Below are positions 8,809 through 16,654 of a DNA stretch of 59,775 bases, in pieces. The translations under genes and the position numbers were made by a program. The notes beneath the pieces were generated by a model. The model was given only the letters and a program-made list of their open reading frames with translations, was not told the origin of the DNA and ran no database searches. Position 1 is the stretch's first letter, and the number at the start of each line of letters is the position of its first letter. This DNA comes from a virus (Duplodnaviria; Caudoviricetes). Location: positions 1 to 59,775 of IMG/VR virus record IMGVR_UViG_3300035670_000230, one strand, 5' to 3'.

Positions 8809-9480
8809 ATGATTACACAACGTGACGGCTGGTGGATGCCAACATCAGACCGAGTGGGTTTTAGGTACATATCAGCGCAAGCCTCAGACATCAGCACCAT
8901 CGTGGATTACTGTCAAGACAGGCGGGTTTGTATACAGGCTGGTGGCAACATTGGTATCTGGCCCGTCAAGCTGGCTGAGATATTTGAGCATGTCATTACG
9001 GCTGAACCTGATGAAGCAAACTTCCAAGCATTGATGAAGAACACCGAGAGCATAACTAACATCACACGGTACAACTCTGCCTTTGGTGATTCAGTTAAAT
9101 CAGGTTCAATCAAGGTCAATCAGGAAGGCAACATGGGTGCATTGTCGGTGGTCGAAGGCAGTGGGTTTCATGTAGTCCCCATAGATTCTTTGAACGTAAC
9201 GAACTGTGACCTACTACAACTAGATGTCGAGGGCTATGAACTATTTGCTCTTACTGGTGCAATCAATACTATCAACAGGTGTAAGCCAACAATTTGTATT
9301 GAACTTAACGGGTTATCGCAGAACTACGGCCACGCAGATGAAGATGTTGTTAAATTTCTAATAAACCTTGGCTACACAAAGACTCGCAACATACATAGAG
9401 ACATAATATTTATGCACCACACAAAAGTCTTTGGGACCCAAGAACGTAAAAAAGAACCGCTACCTGAGGCACTACTATGA
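8809..9480 (+). CDS. FkbM-family SAM-dependent methyltransferase
   Basis: 'IQAGGNIG.W', 'EPD..NF', 'LLQLDVEGYEL..L.GA...I....P.I.IE'. Confidence 0.9.
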   Translation: MITQRDGWWMPTSDRVGFRYISAQASDISTIVDYCQDRRVCIQAGGNIGIWPVKLAEIFEHVITAEPDEANFQALMKNTESITNITRYNSAFGDSVKSGSIKVNQEGNMGALSVVEGSGFHVVPIDSLNVTNCDLLQLDVEGYELFALTGAINTINRCKPTICIELNGLSQNYGHADEDVVKFLINLGYTKTRNIHRDIIFMHHTKVFGTQERKKEPLPEALL

Positions 9481-9653
9481 ATCTTGAACAGATCGAAAGG
9501 CGGCTTGCAAGGATGGAGTCTCGCATTGTCCAAATCATGCAACACCTAGGCATTGACCCCTATGAGCGGATGTACGACAGATTTCAAGGGTCAGATAAAA
9601 ATACTATCCAAGACTTGCAACCCAAGAAGAAAGGAGATAACATACACACGTAG
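9477..9653 (+). CDS. 58-aa hypothetical protein MNLEQIERRLARMESRIVQIMQHLGIDPY... (not in ORF track)
   Basis: ATGA overlap with the FkbM stop; fills the gap. Confidence 0.65.
   Translation: MNLEQIERRLARMESRIVQIMQHLGIDPYERMYDRFQGSDKNTIQDLQPKKKGDNIHT
9615..9651 (+). promoter_or_regulatory. Sigma70-like promoter with ATACACACGT box
   Basis: TTGCAA(9615)-17 bp-TAACAT(9638); the box overlaps the -10/+1 region. Confidence 0.5.
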
Positions 9654-9664
9654 TACCTACGGAG

Positions 9665-9847
9665 ATGAAAATGAACTCGGAACTGATCTGCCAACTTCAA
9701 ATTAGGCGGGTGGAAAACGGCTATCTGTTGGCCTGTATGCTACCCGGCAAACTCCAAGAGCAAGTGCTTTATGCCGCTGACATCGGGCGGTTGGGTGATT
9801 TATTAACTACTTTTTTAATTGAGGAGAAGCTCAATGCAAACAATTGA
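9665..9847 (+). CDS. Hypothetical protein (start may be 9671)
   Basis: 'IRRVENGYLL' motif; CTACGGAGA RBS. Confidence 0.65.
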   Translation: MKMNSELICQLQIRRVENGYLLACMLPGKLQEQVLYAADIGRLGDLLTTFLIEEKLNANN

Positions 9848-10166
9848 ACTTAGCAAAGAATACTACGCAGCACTCATACAAATCTGCAATCGCAACTACC
9901 GCACAGCAGATCTTCAGATAAAACAATGGATTGACCGAGAAGCCAGTAGTATGGGAATACTCATTCAAAAAATCCCACCAAAGACAGAACTTGAAGCTCC
10001 ACCAACAAAGGTAACCCCAAAGGCTACAAAGGAAATAAAAGTAAAAAGAAAGTGGTCGCCAGAACAACGTGAAGCCGCAAGGCAACGCATGAAAGCCCAG
10101 TGGGAAGCCGGTGTTATCAAGAACCGCCACTTAGAGAAACTACTTGAAGGGGCATACGATGACTGA
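9834..10166 (+). CDS. Basic protein with NUMOD3-like motif
   Basis: GAGGAG RBS; 'KWSPEQREAARQRMKAQW'. Confidence 0.6.
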   Translation: MQTIELSKEYYAALIQICNRNYRTADLQIKQWIDREASSMGILIQKIPPKTELEAPPTKVTPKATKEIKVKRKWSPEQREAARQRMKAQWEAGVIKNRHLEKLLEGAYDD

Positions 10167-10401
10167 CCAAGTAAACAAACCAGCGCACTACACAGCAGGA
10201 GAAATCGAGTGTATCGATGCCATCGAGGCCGCAGTTAAGGGGTTACCAGCATTTGAAGCAGTCTGTGTTGGTCATATTATTCGTTACGTGTGGCGTTACA
10301 GGCAGAAGCACCCGGAAGACCCAAGCATTGATGTGCGTAAAGCCACTTACTATTTCAAAAAACTACTAAAGAAACTGGAAGAAGCCCGTGATAACGATTG
10401 A
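10159..10401 (+). CDS. DUF3310 (T7 gp1.7/SaV-like) protein
   Basis: 'VNKPAHY..G.IECIDAI...IRYVWRY..K....D..KA..Y'. Confidence 0.85.
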   Translation: MTDQVNKPAHYTAGEIECIDAIEAAVKGLPAFEAVCVGHIIRYVWRYRQKHPEDPSIDVRKATYYFKKLLKKLEEARDND

Positions 10402-12229
10402 CTTTGAGACGTACTACGACAAGGAGTTCAGCTTATCCAAGATAACAACTGAAGAGTACATACGCTCTGAGCAGTTTGAAGTCATTGGTGTAGCGGCTAA
10501 AGTTGATGACCAACAGACCCAGTGGTGTACTGGTAGTAAGGAGCAAATTGCGAAGTTTTTACATTACCTTGATCTTCCTAGTCATGATGTATTGGCTCAC
10601 CACATGGCCTTTGATGGGGCAATTCTTGCGTGGCAGTTTGGGATACGACCAAAGTATTACTTTGATACATTGAGTATGGCTCGACCATTAACTGGTCTTA
10701 CGGTTGGTGGTTCACTTGCGGCACTTGCCAAGAAGTTTGAGCTTGGGGCCAAGGGTACTGAGGTTGTTAACGCACTAGGTAAACGTAGGGAAGATTTTTC
10801 TCCACAAGAGATATTTGCCTACGGTACTTACTGTATGAATGATGTGAACTTAACCTACGAGCTTTTCAAGATCCTAAAGCCGCACAGCACAACAAAAGAG
10901 TTATACATAATTGATTTGATGCTACGGATGTACATTGACCCGGTGCTTGAGCTGGATAAAGAAAAGTTGACGCATCATCTGAGTAATGTGCAGACCAAAA
11001 AAGAAGAGCTTATGCGTCGTATAAGTGATGCCATCGGCAAGGACGATCTAATGAGCAACATGAAGTTTGCAGATGTGCTCAAAAAGTTAGGTGTTGAACC
11101 GCCAATGAAAGTCAGTCTACGCACGAACAAAATGGCCTATGCATTTGGTAAGACCGACTACGAGTTCAAAGCCCTACTTGAGCATGAAGACCCACGAGTT
11201 CAAGCAGTTGTATCCGCTAGGCTTGGTATTAAATCTACCCTTGAAGAAACCAGAACCATATCGTTTCTTGGCATAGCAGATCGTGGGACACTGCCCATCA
11301 TGTTGAACTACTACGGTGCACATACAGGCAGGGCAAGCGGTGGGGATAAAATGAATCTGCAGAACCTACCCCGTGGTGGGACACTGCGCAAATCCATCAA
11401 AGCGCCTGAAGGTCACGTTGTCATAGCCGTTGACTCAGCACAGATTGAGGCACGAGTTGTTGCTTGGTTGGCTGGTCAGGATGATTTGGTTGAGGACTTC
11501 CGCAATGGTGTGGATATTTATTCCAAGTTTGCCTCAGATGTTTATGAACGGCCCATCGATAAGTCAATAGATAAGGTGGAACGGTTTGTTGGTAAGACTT
11601 GTATTCTCGGTCTGGGCTACGGCATGGGTAAGGACAAGTTTAAATCTACACTAAAAATTGGCATGGCTGGTGTATCGGTTGACCTGCCGCTCGAAGATGC
11701 TGAGCGTATTGTTAAGTTGTACCGACAAAAATATGAACGCATAACGTCACTATGGTCTGATGCTGATAAGGCGTTACCTGCAATTGCCAATGGGTTCGAT
11801 TACAAGTTTGGCGCAACTATAGCACTATGTGCTACACCCGAAGGCATAAGGCTACCCAACGATATGCTGGTGCGATACCCCGGACTACATAAAACAAACG
11901 AGGGGTTTGTATATACAACAAAGCGTGGATCAATCAAAATATATGGTGGTAAAGTTGTAGAGAACGTGGTTCAAGCACTGGCTAGGATAGTTGTGTTCGA
12001 CCAGATGGCGAAGATTGACCAAGAGTTCCGCAAACGAGATTCTGCAGATACAAGATTTAAAGTTGCATTAACAGTTCATGACGAAGTTGTTGCAGTTGTG
12101 CCTGAAGATCAAGCTCAACGGTCTTTAGATTTTATGATTAAGGTTATGTCTACCCCACCCCAGTGGGCACAAGGTTTACCGGTAGCCTGTGAAGGGGACT
12201 TTGCTTTAACATATGGGGATTGCAAATAA
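10388..12229 (+). CDS. polA: Family A DNA polymerase with 3'-5' exonuclease
   Basis: ExoI DFETY, HTGR, NLQNLPR, motif A DSAQIEARV, motif B R...K...LG..YG, motif C VHDE. Confidence 0.95.
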   Translation: MITIDFETYYDKEFSLSKITTEEYIRSEQFEVIGVAAKVDDQQTQWCTGSKEQIAKFLHYLDLPSHDVLAHHMAFDGAILAWQFGIRPKYYFDTLSMARPLTGLTVGGSLAALAKKFELGAKGTEVVNALGKRREDFSPQEIFAYGTYCMNDVNLTYELFKILKPHSTTKELYIIDLMLRMYIDPVLELDKEKLTHHLSNVQTKKEELMRRISDAIGKDDLMSNMKFADVLKKLGVEPPMKVSLRTNKMAYAFGKTDYEFKALLEHEDPRVQAVVSARLGIKSTLEETRTISFLGIADRGTLPIMLNYYGAHTGRASGGDKMNLQNLPRGGTLRKSIKAPEGHVVIAVDSAQIEARVVAWLAGQDDLVEDFRNGVDIYSKFASDVYERPIDKSIDKVERFVGKTCILGLGYGMGKDKFKSTLKIGMAGVSVDLPLEDAERIVKLYRQKYERITSLWSDADKALPAIANGFDYKFGATIALCATPEGIRLPNDMLVRYPGLHKTNEGFVYTTKRGSIKIYGGKVVENVVQALARIVVFDQMAKIDQEFRKRDSADTRFKVALTVHDEVVAVVPEDQAQRSLDFMIKVMSTPPQWAQGLPVACEGDFALTYGDCK

Positions 12230-12245
12230 CCATACGGAGAACATT

Positions 12246-12893
12246 TTGAAAGCATGGACTTACTCACATCTAGAAAAATTCGCCACTTGTCCTAAGCAGT
12301 TTTACCATACCAGTGTAGTAAAGGATTTTGTAAGTCCACCGACCGAAGCAACAATATGGGGGCACAGAGTACATGAAGCGTTTGAAAACAGAATTAACAA
12401 CGGAGCATCGCTACCAAAAGGAATGGAACACTGGGAGCGAATTGCAAAACGAATCGACAGCCTTGAAGGAAACAAGTACGCAGAAATCAAACTTGCCATT
12501 GGTAAAGGGTTTCAACCGGCAGATTGGGATAGTGCGTGGAGCCGTGGCATCGCAGACTTGGTGGTTATCCGAGAGAAGAATGCCATGGTACTTGACTACA
12601 AGACCGGAAAGCGAAAGCCGTCGGAACAATTAGACCTGTATGCGGCTTACATTTTTGCGCATTACCCAGAAGTTGAAAACGTAAAAACTATTTTTGTATG
12701 GCTCAAAGAACAGAAGACTGACAAAAAACGATTTAACCGTGATGAACTACCCATTATCTGGCGTGAATTTATACCAAAAGTTGCTCGGCTTGAGTCAGCA
12801 TACAATCGTGATTCGTGGCCCGCTAAGCCATCAGGGTTGTGCAACGGATGGTGTCCTGTGAAGACTTGTCAGCACTACAAGGAGAAGCGATGA
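12246..12893 (+). CDS. PD-(D/E)XK (Cas4/RecB-like) exonuclease
   Basis: 'YSHL..F.TCP', 'G..D...LDYKTGK', 'QL.LYA', C-terminal CxWCxxxxC; TTG start at 12246 follows a TACGGAGAA RBS. Confidence 0.85.
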   Translation: MKAWTYSHLEKFATCPKQFYHTSVVKDFVSPPTEATIWGHRVHEAFENRINNGASLPKGMEHWERIAKRIDSLEGNKYAEIKLAIGKGFQPADWDSAWSRGIADLVVIREKNAMVLDYKTGKRKPSEQLDLYAAYIFAHYPEVENVKTIFVWLKEQKTDKKRFNRDELPIIWREFIPKVARLESAYNRDSWPAKPSGLCNGWCPVKTCQHYKEKR

Positions 12894-13183
12894 CTCCCGA
12901 AGGCCGTGTCAAGGAAGCTGTAAAAAAAGTTCTCAAACAGAGAAATATATGGTATTTTATGCCATCGGCTAACGGATATGGAAAGGTCGGTGTACCCGAC
13001 TTTATTTGCTGTTGGGACGGACGGTTTTTAGCTATTGAAACAAAAGCCCCGGGTAAATTAGACAATCTGACAGCAAACCAAATAATACAAATTAACTTAA
13101 TACGGCAAGCCAAAGGAAACGCAGTTGTTGTAGATGATATTGCACAATTACATGGATTTTTTACTGCTTTTGATAGGAACTAA
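12890..13183 (+). CDS. VRR-NUC nuclease
   Basis: 'TPEGRVK', 'GVPDF', 'F.AIETKA', 'Q...I'. Confidence 0.9.
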   Translation: MTPEGRVKEAVKKVLKQRNIWYFMPSANGYGKVGVPDFICCWDGRFLAIETKAPGKLDNLTANQIIQINLIRQAKGNAVVVDDIAQLHGFFTAFDRN

Positions 13184-13184
13184 C

Positions 13185-13448
13185 ATGCCAGAATCTACCA
13201 AACGAAAGCTGGAATACCAGAAAAAATACAACGCTAGGCCCGAAGAGGTTGCCAAGCGAGTTAAAAACAACGCCGCTAGACGCAAGGCCGTAGAAGAAGG
13301 TCGAGCCAGTAAGGGCGATGGTAAAGATGTGGCCCACAAAAAAGCGCTTGACAATGGAGGCGGTAATGGAAAAGGAAACACGGTCGTTCAAAGCCGAAAA
13401 GCCAACCGCAGTTGGCGCAAAGGCAAAAGCGGATATAACCCAGACTGA
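13185..13448 (+). CDS. Small basic HNH-like protein
   Basis: 'GDGKDVAHKKAL..GG.N...N..V.....NRS'. Confidence 0.7.
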   Translation: MPESTKRKLEYQKKYNARPEEVAKRVKNNAARRKAVEEGRASKGDGKDVAHKKALDNGGGNGKGNTVVQSRKANRSWRKGKSGYNPD

Positions 13449-13476
13449 GTTATGTAACCTTTTTTGTGTTCATATT

Positions 13477-13692
13477 ATGAACATATTTCCGCACATTTCA
13501 GATGTACAGTGGAAACCTTTTGGTGACCATGCAGTTGAGTTTGTTTGGTCGGACAGCTACAACAAGAACCCCCCTATAAGGGTGGCAATGATTTTACCTA
13601 TGGATAACCTAGAAAACGTAATAAATTCTACAGTAGAGGTAATGAATGGCAACTATCCTGAAAGACAAAAAAGCAGTCGTACTAAAACTTAA
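13477..13692 (+). CDS. Hypothetical protein
   Basis: Fills the gap before the helicase; start uncertain. Confidence 0.45.
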   Translation: MNIFPHISDVQWKPFGDHAVEFVWSDSYNKNPPIRVAMILPMDNLENVINSTVEVMNGNYPERQKSSRTKT

Positions 13693-15226
13693 AGAACCAA
13701 CAAGAGTAACAACGGTCATACCGACCGCTAAACTTATAACGCATAAAGGGGCCACACTTGTGGCCCTTCCTCACAGACCTGATGAAACACGGGTGCTACG
13801 CCAGCTTGGGTTCAAAAATATACCTGACCCACTGAAGACGCATTACGAGTTCCCCAAGGCCAGCGGTAAGTTTGAGCCATTTGACGCTCAGATAGAGACT
13901 GCTAACTTTTTCTCCATGAACAACCGATGCTTCTGTACTAACTCGATGGGGTTAGGCAAAACAGTTTCGGCTCTGTATGCATTTGATTATATGAAGAAGT
14001 CTAAGTTAGTTAACAAGGTTTTGGTTATCTGCCCACTGTCAACGATGGAGCGCACTTGGGCTGATGAGATATTTAAAACTTTTCCACACTTTGATGCAGT
14101 AGTTGTCTATGGCTCACGAGCAAGACGCCACAAGATACTTAAAGAAGACGCTGACATATACATTGTTAACACTGATGGCCTAAAAGTTATCGAAACTCAG
14201 TTAGCTTCAAGACCTGATATTGATCTTGTTATTGTTGACGAAGTGGCTATGTTTAGAACGCCAAACACCCAGCGATGGAAGACCCTCAACAACGTAATTA
14301 ACAAGCAAACAATTAGCCGCAGAGTGTGGGCCTTAACTGGTGCGCCATGTCCTAACGAACCTACTGATGCTTGGGCGCAGATACGGGTGATAACACCATC
14401 AAACACAGACGCACCTAAGTACTTTACGCAGTTTCGTGACATGACCATGCGGCAGATTACTCAGTTTAAGTGGGTTCCCAAAACAGATGCCATGGATACT
14501 GTGCGTAAGCTGATGCAACCATCAATACGATTTGCTTTGGATGACTGCGTTGATCTGCCGCCCCAGTTGTTTCAGACACGAGATGCTGAGATGACTGATG
14601 AGCAGAAAAAAGCATACAGAGACATGGTGTCTAAACTTTCAACCGAGTACGCTGGTGGTCAAGTACTCGCAGTTAACGAAGCAGTTAAGGCCAACAAACT
14701 TGTTCAGATCGCCTGTGGTGTTGCATATGGTAAAGATAAGACCGAAATTATCCTACCAAACAAACCACGCATTGACGTTTTGAAAGAGGTCATTGAAGAG
14801 TCTGAAGGTAAGGTCATCGTGTTTATACCACTGACTGCTGTTCTGAAGTATGTAGCCAAAGAGCTTGAACCATATTGGCCTATTGGGATTGTTCATGGTG
14901 AAACTTCAAAGCACGAACGGGACCAGATATTTTCAGGCTTCCAGACAGCCGACGATCCTCATGTTTTGGTAGCGAATCCAGCAACTATGTCACACGGGTT
15001 AACCCTAACTAGGGGAACTACTATCGTATGGTTTGCCCCTATTTACTCCAATGATATTTATGAGCAGGCTTGTGCTCGTGTTCGTCGTCCGGGCCAAACA
15101 AAAACCACCGTGATCGTACATCTTGCGGGGTCAGAGATAGAACGACGAATCTACCAGCGGCTGTCCAGCAAGCAGAAGATGCAGGGCATATTGTTGGATT
15201 TGATGAAGGAGGGCATTGAAGACTAG
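13646..15226 (+). CDS. SNF2-family helicase
   Basis: MGLGKT, DEVA, LTGAP, 'HGLTL', 'QACARVRRPGQ'. Confidence 0.9.
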   Translation: MATILKDKKAVVLKLKEPTRVTTVIPTAKLITHKGATLVALPHRPDETRVLRQLGFKNIPDPLKTHYEFPKASGKFEPFDAQIETANFFSMNNRCFCTNSMGLGKTVSALYAFDYMKKSKLVNKVLVICPLSTMERTWADEIFKTFPHFDAVVVYGSRARRHKILKEDADIYIVNTDGLKVIETQLASRPDIDLVIVDEVAMFRTPNTQRWKTLNNVINKQTISRRVWALTGAPCPNEPTDAWAQIRVITPSNTDAPKYFTQFRDMTMRQITQFKWVPKTDAMDTVRKLMQPSIRFALDDCVDLPPQLFQTRDAEMTDEQKKAYRDMVSKLSTEYAGGQVLAVNEAVKANKLVQIACGVAYGKDKTEIILPNKPRIDVLKEVIEESEGKVIVFIPLTAVLKYVAKELEPYWPIGIVHGETSKHERDQIFSGFQTADDPHVLVANPATMSHGLTLTRGTTIVWFAPIYSNDIYEQACARVRRPGQTKTTVIVHLAGSEIERRIYQRLSSKQKMQGILLDLMKEGIED

Positions 15227-15252
15227 ACAACATACACACGTTTTGTTATACT
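15224..15252 (+). promoter_or_regulatory. Sigma70 promoter with ATACACACGT box in the spacer
   Basis: TAGACA-17 bp-TATACT with TGn extended -10. Confidence 0.7.
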
Positions 15253-15277
15253 AAATTACCTTTACGGAGATTGACCT

Positions 15278-15661
15278 ATGAAACTATCAGAAGTTGTAGC
15301 CAAGTACATCGAGCTACGGGACCAAAAAGCCCAGCTAAAAACCGAGTACGACATGCAAATAGCCCCCATCGAAGCAAAGATGTCCAAAATTGAAGGTAAG
15401 TTGTTGGAAGTACTTGACCAAACTGGTGGGAAATCTTTTAACACTCCCCATGGAACGGCATATGTATCAGTACGAACCACAGCCTCTGTTGCTGACAGGG
15501 AAGCATTTTTTGATTTTGTTAAGCAAAACGAGGAGTGGCCCTTGATGGAAGTCCGTGCCAGCAAGTTAGCAGTAGAGCAGTACAAGTCTGTCAATCAGGA
15601 ATTACCCCCGGGTATCAATTGGCGAGAAGAGCGGGTTGTAAACATCCGTCGTTCGTCGTAG
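15278..15661 (+). CDS. Conserved replication-module protein
   Basis: N-terminal coiled coil, 'T.HGT', 'D.EAF..FV', 'PPGI'; lies just before SSB. Confidence 0.7.
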   Translation: MKLSEVVAKYIELRDQKAQLKTEYDMQIAPIEAKMSKIEGKLLEVLDQTGGKSFNTPHGTAYVSVRTTASVADREAFFDFVKQNEEWPLMEVRASKLAVEQYKSVNQELPPGINWREERVVNIRRSS

Positions 15662-15693
15662 TATTCTTAACCTCTACAGGAGATTTTTAGCTT

Positions 15694-16587
15694 ATGAACA
15701 TTATTCCATTTGAGGGTGGCAAACTACCCGCCCATTTGGCAAAAGCAGATGTAGCACAACTTAACGCTGATTTGACTGCCCACGCCGCAGTCGGTGGCTT
15801 TCCAGTAGTTAGTATCAAAGGCAAGGTCTTTGCCATCGTTCGTGATGGTGAGCGTAAAGTTCTGCCTAACCCCAAAGACCCCGATAGTCCTGCTACGGCT
15901 ATTGATGTGGTATTGCTCAAGGTCAACAAGGGCACGAGTAAAGTGTTCTACGCCAAGGGCTACCAAGAGGGTTCTGACGGTGTTAAGCCCGACTGTTTCT
16001 CTAACGAGGGTGTAAGGCCAGATGCTTCCATCGAATCGCCTCAGTCTAAATCTTGTGCTGTGTGTAAGTGGAACCAGTGGGGTTCTAAGATCAGCGAGAG
16101 CGGCTCCAAGGGCAAGGCTTGTCAGGACAGTGTACGGATGGCGATTGCTACGCCTAATCTGATTAACGACCCATACCTGTTGCGTGTACCTCCGGCCTCA
16201 ATTCGTGCCGTTGGTGAGTATGGTCAGATGTTGGCTAAGCGTGGCGTGGCTTACAACATGGTGGTTACGAAGGTTGGTTTTGATATGCAAGCCCCCAACC
16301 CCAAGCTGACATTTAAGCCTGTCGGGTTGCTTGATGAAGAAACTTTTGAGAAGGCCCAAGAGGTTATTCAATCTGACACAGTTGCTCAGATTCTTGGGGT
16401 GTCAAACGTAGCTTTACCTGAGGCAACACAAACCGCAGACGAGGAAGAAGCAGAAGAACCTGAAGTTACTGCGGCCCCCACAGAAGAAACCGAGAAGAAA
16501 AAACCAGGGCGCAAACCTGCGGCTAAACCGGAACCAGAACCCGAAATATCTGGACTAGATCTCGACGATCTAAATTTTGACGATTAG
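15694..16587 (+). CDS. Single-stranded DNA-binding/annealing protein
   Basis: 'PDCFS..G..PD', 'C..C..NQWGS', 'GKAC'; acidic C-terminal tail ...DLDDLNFDD. Confidence 0.7.
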   Translation: MNIIPFEGGKLPAHLAKADVAQLNADLTAHAAVGGFPVVSIKGKVFAIVRDGERKVLPNPKDPDSPATAIDVVLLKVNKGTSKVFYAKGYQEGSDGVKPDCFSNEGVRPDASIESPQSKSCAVCKWNQWGSKISESGSKGKACQDSVRMAIATPNLINDPYLLRVPPASIRAVGEYGQMLAKRGVAYNMVVTKVGFDMQAPNPKLTFKPVGLLDEETFEKAQEVIQSDTVAQILGVSNVALPEATQTADEEEAEEPEVTAAPTEETEKKKPGRKPAAKPEPEPEISGLDLDDLNFDD

Positions 16588-16616
16588 GGGGTAGTGCCGA
16601 GCCTAGCGCTCTGACA

Positions 16617-16641
16617 GCCGGGAAAGACCGGCTTTTTGTTT
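16617..16641 (+). terminator. Intrinsic terminator between ssb and primase
   Basis: GCCGG-GAAAGA-CCGGC followed by TTTTTGTTT. Confidence 0.7.
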
Positions 16642-16654
16642 CTTGGGAGTTTTA

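Noticed and set aside
12246-12893. Cas4-like nuclease as evidence of a CRISPR system
   Set aside because: No array or other cas genes; a routine member of phage replication modules.
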